In this document: piece after piece, positions 20,202 to 28,582 of the stretch
Layout: every line of letters starts with the position of its first letter
Numbering within the stretch: position 1 is the stretch's first letter
From: Thermoleophilia bacterium
GTDB taxonomy: Bacteria; Actinomycetota; Thermoleophilia; Gaiellales; F1-60-MAGs149
DNA: 64,000 nt
Direction of reading: 5' to 3'
Assembly (NCBI GenBank): GCA_037133755.1
Contig: JBAXNN010000001.1
Span: forward strand, 246,795-310,794
Made by a program: the position numbers and the translations under genes
Notes under the pieces: model-generated
What the model was told of the DNA's origin: nothing
Databases searched by the model: none
Seen by the model: only the letters and a program-made list of their open reading frames with translations

Positions 20202-21529
20202 CTCTGTGAGTCGAGCCGCTCGTGGATCACGGCGGCGTGCGCGGGGAAGCCCTCATGGTCGGCCAGCGCGACGATGTCGGGCGCGAGCGCCGCGAGGGCC
20301 GACTCCGAGGCACGCGCCAACGAGATCGTCTTGGTGAAGGCGAGCGCGGTGACACCGCTCGTCACGCGCGCGTAGCCCGACGTGGGCAGCGTGGCGGGAA
20401 TGCCGATCAGGTAGTTGCCGGCACTGAACGGGGTGTGCTGGCCGAGCAGCACCTCGCCCGCGTGCTCGATGCCATCGAGGATGGCCTCGTCGTCGGCCGT
20501 GGCCAGCTGCATGTGCTCGGGGGCGTAGAGGTTCGCGACCTCGATCGCCTCGGCGCGATCGCGCACCAGCACCGCCCCGCCGTTGCTGCCGATCGCGGCG
20601 GCGGCCATCGTGCGGCGCGGCTCGGGCAACGCCACGAGCTGCCGCTCGAGCTCGGGCTGCACCCGCTCGATCACCTCGGGCTCCCACGTGATGAGCACGC
20701 TGGCGGAGTCGGTGCCGTGCTCGGCCTCGTTGAGGAGGTCGGCAGCGAGCAACCGCGAGTCGGCGGTGGCGTCGGCGATGATCAGGCTCTCGGACGCAGC
20801 GAGGATCTGCATACCGCCTACCCCGTGGCGCTGGATCTCCAGCTGGGCACTCGCGACGGGCGGGCTGCCAGGGCCCAGCACCTTGCGGCAGGCGGGGATC
20901 GACTCGGTGCCAAACGCCAGCGCGGCGACGCCGGCGGGACCATTGGCGCGGAAGACCTCGCGGAGGCCCAGTTCCTCGGCGACGATCAGTACGGCGGGAT
21001 CGACCTTGCCGTCGGAGCCCGGAATCGGCGGGACGACGACCGCGATGTCCGGCACGCCCGCGACGACGGCGGGAGTGCCGATCTGGACCAGCACGCTTGG
21101 GAACGAGCCCTTGCCGCTCGGCACGAAGAGACCGGCACTCGCAATCGCCGTGCGCTTCTCGCCGACCATCAGGCCCGGCTCGATGTCGAAGCGCCAGTCA
21201 CCATGCTCGAGCGCGCGCTCGTTGAAGCGGCGGGAGTGGTCGATCGCATGGCGGATGGCGACCTGCACGGCCTCGGGGATCTCGCCACGAGCCGCAGCGA
21301 ACTCGGCGTCGCTCACGCGTAGCTGGTCGGGCGCCACCGTGCAGCCGTCGAAGCGCTCGAGCGCCCGGCAAACCGCCGCATCGCCATCAGCACGCACCTC
21401 GGCCACCAGGTCGACGATCGACGCCTGCAGCGTCGGATCGAAGATGTCATCGAGGCCGCGTGCCAGGAAGGCGGCGCGGTCCTCCGAGGTGAGATCGGCC
21501 CAGACGCGGACGGCAAGCGGAGCGGTCAT
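20198..21529 (-). CDS. Histidinol dehydrogenase-family protein, divergent paralog
   Basis: Full-length HisD fold (GD.AV, AGVP, AFGTESIP, AEH, APEH, LPT) with altered signature motifs; no other his genes nearby. Confidence 0.85.
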   Translation of the reverse strand: MTAPLAVRVWADLTSEDRAAFLARGLDDIFDPTLQASIVDLVAEVRADGDAAVCRALERFDGCTVAPDQLRVSDAEFAAARGEIPEAVQVAIRHAIDHSRRFNERALEHGDWRFDIEPGLMVGEKRTAIASAGLFVPSGKGSFPSVLVQIGTPAVVAGVPDIAVVVPPIPGSDGKVDPAVLIVAEELGLREVFRANGPAGVAALAFGTESIPACRKVLGPGSPPVASAQLEIQRHGVGGMQILAASESLIIADATADSRLLAADLLNEAEHGTDSASVLITWEPEVIERVQPELERQLVALPEPRRTMAAAAIGSNGGAVLVRDRAEAIEVANLYAPEHMQLATADDEAILDGIEHAGEVLLGQHTPFSAGNYLIGIPATLPTSGYARVTSGVTALAFTKTISLARASESALAALAPDIVALADHEGFPAHAAVIHERLDSQS

Positions 21530-21564
21530 GCGCGCAGCCTAGGCGCAACCGCGCTTGCGGTGGC

Positions 21565-24500
21565 TCAGCGCCGCGCGGCGGCGGACTTCGCCGCCAGATG
21601 CGTCTGCGTGCCGGTGATGGTGCGCTGCACGACCGGCGCGGCGACGATGGGGGCGATCGTTGTGTTTGCCGGGGTGTAGAGCAGCGAGAGCGCCGCACCC
21701 TTTGGCAATGCCGCCGTGGAGATCGTGAAGGGACCCTTGCGCACCGAGAAGGTCAGCACCGTCGGTGCAGCCGCCCGGCGCGCTGTGGCAGCAGCGCCCT
21801 TGGTCGGCCGGGTGAGGGTGACGCGCAGCGTGCCATCGTGGCTCGCCGAGCCGCTGATGATGTACGTGCCACGCGTCGAACTACCGCGGGCCGCGCGGAA
21901 GGAGACGGTGAGGCGGTTCAGCGATGCAACCGGCGTCGCGATCGGCGTGCCCGGCGCGGTGATCGGCGAGGTGATCGGGCCCGCCAGCGGGGCCTCGGTG
22001 TCGACCGCTGTGCCGATGTACAGCAGACGATTCGGCGAACCATCCCCCGCATCGCCGACGCGGTTGCGCGAAGCGGCCGTGGTGATGGCGGCGCTCGTGA
22101 CATCGGCCGACGTGCTGCGGCTGGCGGCGAGCTGGAGCGCGACGGCGCCAGCGACGTGCGGCGAGGCCATCGACGTACCCGAGAGGGTCGCCGTCGAGGT
22201 GGACGACGCGGCATCCGAGGAGAGGATGTCGACGCCCGGAGCGAAGAGGTCGACGCAACGGCCGTAGTTCGAGAAGTAGGCGCGCTGGTCGTTCTGATCG
22301 GTCGCGCCGACGGTGATGGCACCCGGCGTGGAGGCCGGAGAGGCCGAGCACGCGTCGTCGTTGCTGTTGCCGGCGGCGACGACCATGGTCACGCCGTCGT
22401 CGATGACGCCTTGCACGGCGGCGTTGATGGCGGCCGAGTAGCCGCCACCGAGGCTCATGTTGGCGACGGCCAGCTGGCCGGCCGCATGGTTCGCCGCAAC
22501 CCAGTTGAGGCCGGCGATGACATCGGACGTGTAGCCGGAGCCGCCGCAGTTGAGGACGCGGACCGGCACGATGTCGACCTCGGGTGCCACGCCGTAGTCG
22601 GCGCCGCCGATCGTGCCCGACACGTGCGTGCCGTGGCCATTGCAGTCCTCGCTGCCATTGCCGTCGTCCTGGCCCTGGTTGACGCTGACGAAGCCCGAGC
22701 GCACGCGGCCGCCGAACTGCTCGTGGTCCGAGCGCACGCCCGTGTCGATCACGTAGGCGGTCACACCGGCACCGTTGGCCGCCGACGTGGCAGCGGACGA
22801 GGGATCCATCGTGCCGTCGAGCGGCAGGTTGCGCTGGTCGAGGCGATCGAGGCCCCACGAGGCGGCGCGCGGCGAGCGCGTGCGGCCGTTCGGCGTGACG
22901 GCCGCCGAAGGAGCAGACGGCACGCTCGTGCCGGTGGCGTTCGTCGCCGTGACGGTGATCGTGTAGGCCGTGCCGTTGGTCAGGCCGGTGATCGTGCAGG
23001 CGCGTGTGCCGTTGGTCACGCACTTGGCACTGCCCGGCGTGGCGGTTGCGGTGTAGCGCGTGATCGCGCTGCCGCCATCGCTCGCGGGAGCGGCCCAGCC
23101 GATGGCAATGCGGGCGTTGCCGGGCGTGCCGACGACGTTCAGCGGCGCGCTCGGTGCGGCAGGCGGTAGGGCCTCCGTGAACGAGTGGTTGAGCACGGTG
23201 TCGCCGCGGGCGCCGTTCCAGCCGTCGATCGCGATCGCGTAGCTGGTGCCCGTCGTGACGGCGAAGGCGACGCTGCTCCAGGTGCCACCGGAGACGTCGT
23301 CGTTCTGGGCGATCGTGGTGAGTCCGGCGACGGTGCTGCCGGTGTAGGCGCCGAGCAGCGTGTCGAACGCGCTGCCCTGCGTGGTCAGGGTGAGCGTGCC
23401 GTTGGCGGGCGCGGTCCAGCGGTACCAGATCGAGGCGGCACCACCGGCGCCGCCATGGCCGGGCTCGCCGGTCTCATGGGTCGCGTTCGCCGTCGAGCCG
23501 GTCTTCGTACCGGCGGTACCGGTCAGCGTGGTGGCGTCGGCGAAGTTGTCGTTGGTCAGCACCGGGGCCGCGGTGAAGGCGGCGTTCAGGGTTGTCGCGC
23601 CACGCGCGCCGCCCCAGCCGTCGATCGCGATCGCGTAGCTGGCGCCGCTGGTGACGTTGATCGTGACCTTGCTCCAGAGCGTGCCGCTGGCGACGTCGTC
23701 GTTCTGCGCCAACGTGGTGAGGGCATCGACGCTCGTGCCGGTGTAGACGCCGAGCAGCGTGTCGAACGTGCTGCCCTGGGTGGTCAGCACGAGGGTGCCG
23801 TTGGCCGGCGCGGTCCAGCGGTACCAGATCGAGGCAGCGCCGCCCGTGCCGCCATGTGCGGGCTCCCCGGTCTGGCGGGTCGCGGTGGCGGTCGAGCCAC
23901 TTGCGCTTACCGACGTACCCGAGAGCGTGGTCGCATCCTGGAAATCGTCGTTCGACAGGCCCGCGGCTGGCGTCGCGGAGACGCTGCTGCTGTACGGGCT
24001 CTGGCCGGCGCTGTTGACGGCGGCGACGCGGAAGCCGTAGACCGTGCCGTTGGTCAGGCCGGTGACCTCGAGTGACGTGAGGCTGGAGACGCCGTCGGCG
24101 ATGGTGGTCCACGCGCCGCCGGCGACCGACTGCTGGATCACGTAGTCGGTGATCGCCGCGCCACCCGCATCGGCGGGAACGTCGAAGGCGAGCGTGATGC
24201 GGGCGTTGGCCGGCGTTGCGGCCAGGTTGCGCGGTGCGGTGGGCAGCGTGACCGGTGTCGGCGTGAGGGCGACAGCGGCGAGCAGCAGGTTCGGCGAGCC
24301 GACGCCCGGATCGGTGACGACCGACGGAGTGGCATTGGCGAGCATGCGGCTGGCAATGGTCGCGGGGGAGGCGGTGGGATCGGCGGCCAGCAGCAGCGCG
24401 GCGGCGCCCGCCACGTGCGGCGTGGCCATCGACGTGCCGGAAATGGTGTTGGTGGCAGTCGTCGACGACCACCAGGATGACGTGATGCCGAGTCCGGGCG

Positions 24501-25668
24501 CGAAGAGGTCGACGCAGGCACCGGTGTTGGAGAAGGAGGCACGCGCGTCGGTGCTCCCGGTGGCACCGACGGTGATCGCCTGCGGGGTACGCGCCGGCGA
24601 GGTGTTGCACGCGTCGGCGCCGTCGTTGCCGGCGGCAACGGCGAACGTGACGCCGTCGCTGATACCGCGCTGGACGGCGGCGTCGAGGGTTGGCGAGGCG
24701 CCGCCACCGAGGCTCATGTTGGCCACCGCGGGCGTGCCGGCGGCGTGGTTCGCGACGACCCAGTCGATGCCGGCGATGACGCCCGTCGTGCTGCCGGAGC
24801 CGGCGCAGCTGAGCACGCGCACCGGGACGAGGCTGACGCCCTTGGCAACGCCGTACGTGCTACCGCCGACCGTGCCGGCGACGTGCGTACCGTGGCCGTT
24901 GCAGTCAGACGAGCCGTTGCCGTCGCCGATCGCGTCATAGCCGCTCAAGACGCGCCCGCCGAACTGCGTGTGCGTCGCGAGGATGCCGGTGTCGATGATG
25001 TACGCCGTGACGCCCGCACCGGTCTGCGTGTACGTGTACAGGCCGTTGAGGGGCAGCTGGCGCTGGTCGATGCGGTCGAGGCCCCAGGTCGCACCGGACT
25101 GCGTGGTGGTTGCGGCGACGACGCGATCCGGCTCGATGCGCAGCACGGCGGGATCCTTGGCCAGCTTCGCGACCTGCAGCGAGCTGAGGTCGGCGGTGTA
25201 GCCGTTGATCGCATGGGTGAAGATCGCGAGCGGTGTGGTGTTGGCTGCGGCGGCGAAGGCGGCGGGGCGCGTGCCAGGGTCGAGCGTGACGATGAAGCGG
25301 CCGGGGATCGCCGAGCCGACCTTCGCGCCGGCGGGCGCGACACCGGCGCTCGTGGCGTCGAAGGCGCTGACCAGACGATCGCGCTCGACGACGAGGACCT
25401 GGGGGTCGTTGCGCAGACGGCTGACGTCAGCGGCATCGAGTTCGGCGACGAAGCCATCGACGCTGCTGCGGAAGACGTCGGAGACCGCGTTGTCGCGGTT
25501 GCGCTCGGCGGCCACCTTGGCGGTGACGTTCGTGCCGTCTTCGAGGATCACGACGTAGTCCTGCGCCGGCGCGGCCGCGCTGGCGCCCGCGGACGCGCCA
25601 AGGCAGGCGGCGCCAATCGCGAGGACGGCGAGGAGGCGGAGCGATTGGGTGACGGGGCGACGACGCAC
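21565..25668 (-). CDS. Secreted multidomain protease: 2x I9 prodomain, S8, FN3, 2x PPC-like, FN3, S8, basic C-terminal domain
   Basis: Two complete triads (IDTG, HGTHV, GTSMA); WGLDR aqualysin/proteinase K signature twice; start uncertain (25668 or 25704). Confidence 0.92.
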   Translation of the reverse strand: MRRRPVTQSLRLLAVLAIGAACLGASAGASAAAPAQDYVVILEDGTNVTAKVAAERNRDNAVSDVFRSSVDGFVAELDAADVSRLRNDPQVLVVERDRLVSAFDATSAGVAPAGAKVGSAIPGRFIVTLDPGTRPAAFAAAANTTPLAIFTHAINGYTADLSSLQVAKLAKDPAVLRIEPDRVVAATTTQSGATWGLDRIDQRQLPLNGLYTYTQTGAGVTAYIIDTGILATHTQFGGRVLSGYDAIGDGNGSSDCNGHGTHVAGTVGGSTYGVAKGVSLVPVRVLSCAGSGSTTGVIAGIDWVVANHAAGTPAVANMSLGGGASPTLDAAVQRGISDGVTFAVAAGNDGADACNTSPARTPQAITVGATGSTDARASFSNTGACVDLFAPGLGITSSWWSSTTATNTISGTSMATPHVAGAAALLLAADPTASPATIASRMLANATPSVVTDPGVGSPNLLLAAVALTPTPVTLPTAPRNLAATPANARITLAFDVPADAGGAAITDYVIQQSVAGGAWTTIADGVSSLTSLEVTGLTNGTVYGFRVAAVNSAGQSPYSSSVSATPAAGLSNDDFQDATTLSGTSVSASGSTATATRQTGEPAHGGTGGAASIWYRWTAPANGTLVLTTQGSTFDTLLGVYTGTSVDALTTLAQNDDVASGTLWSKVTINVTSGASYAIAIDGWGGARGATTLNAAFTAAPVLTNDNFADATTLTGTAGTKTGSTANATHETGEPGHGGAGGAASIWYRWTAPANGTLTLTTQGSAFDTLLGAYTGSTVAGLTTIAQNDDVSGGTWSSVAFAVTTGTSYAIAIDGWNGARGDTVLNHSFTEALPPAAPSAPLNVVGTPGNARIAIGWAAPASDGGSAITRYTATATPGSAKCVTNGTRACTITGLTNGTAYTITVTATNATGTSVPSAPSAAVTPNGRTRSPRAASWGLDRLDQRNLPLDGTMDPSSAATSAANGAGVTAYVIDTGVRSDHEQFGGRVRSGFVSVNQGQDDGNGSEDCNGHGTHVSGTIGGADYGVAPEVDIVPVRVLNCGGSGYTSDVIAGLNWVAANHAAGQLAVANMSLGGGYSAAINAAVQGVIDDGVTMVVAAGNSNDDACSASPASTPGAITVGATDQNDQRAYFSNYGRCVDLFAPGVDILSSDAASSTSTATLSGTSMASPHVAGAVALQLAASRSTSADVTSAAITTAASRNRVGDAGDGSPNRLLYIGTAVDTEAPLAGPITSPITAPGTPIATPVASLNRLTVSFRAARGSSTRGTYIISGSASHDGTLRVTLTRPTKGAAATARRAAAPTVLTFSVRKGPFTISTAALPKGAALSLLYTPANTTIAPIVAAPVVQRTITGTQTHLAAKSAAARR

Positions 25669-25859
25669 GTGGTGAATCTGGCACAGATGATTTCCGGTCT
25701 TCACGGAGATTCCGTGAAGGCCATGTTGTGCGTCTATGAAGACGCACGAGGGGCGTAGTTCTGACGCTCGTCCGGGATAACCCGCAGCGACCGTTTGTAC
25801 AGCCCGAAGCGTAGCGCCGAAAATCGCATAACCACAGGGTTCGGGTACCCTTATGCCCT

Positions 25860-27116
25860 GTGAGCGTGACTGGGACTACGACCGACAGCCTCGAGCCGGC
25901 ACGGATCCGCGCCGATTTCCCGATTTTCGGGCGTCAGGTTCACGGCCAGGAGCTCGCGTACCTCGACTCTGCGTCGACGTCGCAGAAGCCCCAGGCGATG
26001 CTCGACGCGATGACCGGCTTCTACTCGACGAGCAACGCCAACGTGCATCGCGGCGTCTACACGCTTGGGATCGAGAGCACCGACGCGTTCGAAGCTGCCC
26101 GAGATGCGGTGGCGCAGCTGATCAACGCGCCGTCGCGGCGCGAGGTGATCTTCACGCGCAACACGACCGAGGCGATCAACCTCGTCGCCAAGACCGTCGG
26201 CGCCGAGCGCTGCGGCCCGGGCGACGTGATCGTCAGCACCGTGCTCGAGCACCACGCGAACCTCGTCCCGTGGCAGGTGCTCGCGCAGCAGACCGGCGCC
26301 ACGCTGCGCTTCCTCGACGTCGACGACCACGGCAACCTTCAGCTGGACCAGCTCGATGCGATTGCCGCGTCGGGAAACGTGCGCATCGTCGCGGTGACGC
26401 ACCAGTCGAACACACTCGGCGTGCGGCCGCCGGTCGAGGCACTGACCCAGTGGGCGCACGGTCAGGGCGCCGTCGTTGTGCTGGACGCGGCGCAGACCGT
26501 GCCGAACCGTCCAGTCGACGTACAGGCGCTCGGCGTCGACTTCCTCGCCTTCTCGGGGCACAAGACGCTGGCTCCGACGGGCATCGGCGTGCTGTGGGGG
26601 CGCGAGGAGCTGCTCGCCGCGACCCAGCCCTTCCTGACCGGCGGCGAGATGATCCGCTCCGTGGCGCTCGACCGCACCTCCTGGAACACGCTGCCGTGGA
26701 AGTTCGAGGCCGGGACGCCCGCCTACGCCGAGGCGGTCGGACTCCACGCCGCGATCGACTACCTGCAGGCCGTCGGCCTCGCGGCGATCGATGCGCACGA
26801 GCACGTGATCACCGAGTACGCCCTCGGGCGCCTCGGCGAGGTGCCGGGCCTGCGTGTCGTTGGCCCGCCAGATGCCGCCTCCCGTGGGGGCGTGGTGTCC
26901 TTCGTCCTTGATGACGTGCACCCGCACGACATTGCGGAGATCCTGGATCGTCATGCCGTGTGCGTACGTGCCGGGCATCACTGCACGCAGCCGCTGATGC
27001 AGCGACTTGGCCACTCGGCCACCGTGCGGGCATCGTTCTACCTGTACACGACGGCCGACGAGATCGACCGACTCGTTGCCGGCCTGCACGACGTTCGCAA
27101 GGTGATGGGGGTCTGA
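25860..27116 (+). CDS. sufS: Group II cysteine desulfurase SufS
   Basis: YLDSASTSQKP, ANVHRG, EHHAN, SGHK, FEAGTP, RAGHHCTQPL. Confidence 0.97.
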   Translation: MSVTGTTTDSLEPARIRADFPIFGRQVHGQELAYLDSASTSQKPQAMLDAMTGFYSTSNANVHRGVYTLGIESTDAFEAARDAVAQLINAPSRREVIFTRNTTEAINLVAKTVGAERCGPGDVIVSTVLEHHANLVPWQVLAQQTGATLRFLDVDDHGNLQLDQLDAIAASGNVRIVAVTHQSNTLGVRPPVEALTQWAHGQGAVVVLDAAQTVPNRPVDVQALGVDFLAFSGHKTLAPTGIGVLWGREELLAATQPFLTGGEMIRSVALDRTSWNTLPWKFEAGTPAYAEAVGLHAAIDYLQAVGLAAIDAHEHVITEYALGRLGEVPGLRVVGPPDAASRGGVVSFVLDDVHPHDIAEILDRHAVCVRAGHHCTQPLMQRLGHSATVRASFYLYTTADEIDRLVAGLHDVRKVMGV

Positions 27117-27117
27117 C

Positions 27118-27543
27118 ATGGACGACGAGCTCTACCGCGAGAACCTGATGGATCATTACCGGCATCCGCGCAACCACGGGACGCTGGAGCACCCCGACTG
27201 CGAGGCGGAGGGCAAGAATCCGCTCTGCGGCGACGAGGTCGAGATTGATGTCCAGGTGGCCGATGGGCGCATCGCCGCGATTCGCTTCGCCGGCAATGGC
27301 TGCGCGGTCTCGCAGGCGGCGACGTCGATGCTGACCGAGCTTGTCGAGGGGCTGCCCGTCGAGGAGGCCGCGGCATTGCCGTCGCAGGCGATTATCGACG
27401 AGCTCGGCATCCCGCTGTCGGCCATGCGGGTCAAGTGCGCCGTGCTCGGCCTCGGCACGCTCAAGGTCGCTCTGCACCGCGGTGCTGGTACGCCGCTGCC
27501 CGCCGAGTGGGGCGCGGACGACGACGAGCTCGTCTGGGGCTAG
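27118..27543 (+). CDS. sufU: SUF-system NifU/SufU-family protein
   Basis: LYRE..MDHY.HPRN.G, NPLCGD, GCAVS, RVKC. Confidence 0.92.
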   Translation: MDDELYRENLMDHYRHPRNHGTLEHPDCEAEGKNPLCGDEVEIDVQVADGRIAAIRFAGNGCAVSQAATSMLTELVEGLPVEEAAALPSQAIIDELGIPLSAMRVKCAVLGLGTLKVALHRGAGTPLPAEWGADDDELVWG

Positions 27544-28550
27544 ACCGGCGGAGCGTCGCCGAGCAGGCGCGCGCCGCGCACGGCCAGCTCGAGGCGGAAG
27601 CGGTCGTCGGCATGCTGGAGATCCAGTGACGTCAACTTGGCGATGCGCGCCAGGCGATAGCGCACCGTGCGCTCGTGGACGTCGAGGACGCGCGCTGTCG
27701 CCGCCACGCTGAGGCCCTCCTGCAACCACACAGATGCCGTCTCGATGTACTGCTGGCCACCGTTGCGCGCCGAGCGCAGCGGCGTCAACGTCGCGTCCAC
27801 CAACTCGCGCAACGTCACCTGATCCTGGCCGATCAGCGCTTCGGGCAGCACATCGCCATACGGAACGATGCCGCGCAGGCTGAGGCGGCGAGCCATATTG
27901 AGGGCGCGCTTGGCATCGACGTACGAGGCTCGGATACCCGGGATTCCCAGACCGGGGCGGCCAAGGCCGGCCGTCTCGGGACCGCGTGGTACGCGACCGC
28001 TGATGATCGCGACGATGCGACCGCGCTGCGGCACGGCCAGAGCTCCGGCATCGTTGAGGCGCGTGAGAACGGTTTCGCTGACCTCGCCGACGAGGAGCAC
28101 GCTGCGACGTCCCGTCAACTCGACACCCAGCCGCGTCGCGAGCTCCTGCACCTGTTCGGGCGGCTGCTCGGAGAGCAGTGCCTCGATCAGCAGCGCCCGC
28201 TGCCGCTCCTCCTGCCGGATCGACTCGACCTGGCCATCGGCGTAGCCCGCACAGAGGGCGCGCGTGCCGTCCGTGAGCAGACGCAAATGCGCATCCGGTG
28301 AGCGGCTCTCTGTGGTGAGGGCAGCGGCACCGACAGCCATCCAAACTTCGACCACCGTGGTCAGCGGCACACCCGCGACACGCGCGCGATTGGCGCTGGT
28401 TGCCAATCGTGTGCGCGACGAGCTGGCGATGCGTTCGCCCGAGCGCGCGAGGATCTGCACCCATGCTTCGATATCAAGTCCAGCGGCACGAGGGTCGTCG
28501 AGCTGCGCGAGGATCGTCGCGCGTGTGTCCTTGGGGGTCGATTCGGCCAC
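27540..28550 (-). CDS. PucR/CdaR-family transcriptional regulator
   Basis: C-terminal HTH SVAATARVLDVHERTVRYRL preceded by a GGDEF-like region. Confidence 0.88.
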   Translation of the reverse strand: MAESTPKDTRATILAQLDDPRAAGLDIEAWVQILARSGERIASSSRTRLATSANRARVAGVPLTTVVEVWMAVGAAALTTESRSPDAHLRLLTDGTRALCAGYADGQVESIRQEERQRALLIEALLSEQPPEQVQELATRLGVELTGRRSVLLVGEVSETVLTRLNDAGALAVPQRGRIVAIISGRVPRGPETAGLGRPGLGIPGIRASYVDAKRALNMARRLSLRGIVPYGDVLPEALIGQDQVTLRELVDATLTPLRSARNGGQQYIETASVWLQEGLSVAATARVLDVHERTVRYRLARIAKLTSLDLQHADDRFRLELAVRGARLLGDAPPV

Positions 28551-28582
28551 GGCGGAACGTTACCGGTTTCCGGCAAAGAGCG

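Noticed and set aside
17824-25859. Prophage, ICE or integron cassette array inside the suf locus
   Set aside because: No integrase, phage genes, attC-like sites or terminal repeats were seen.
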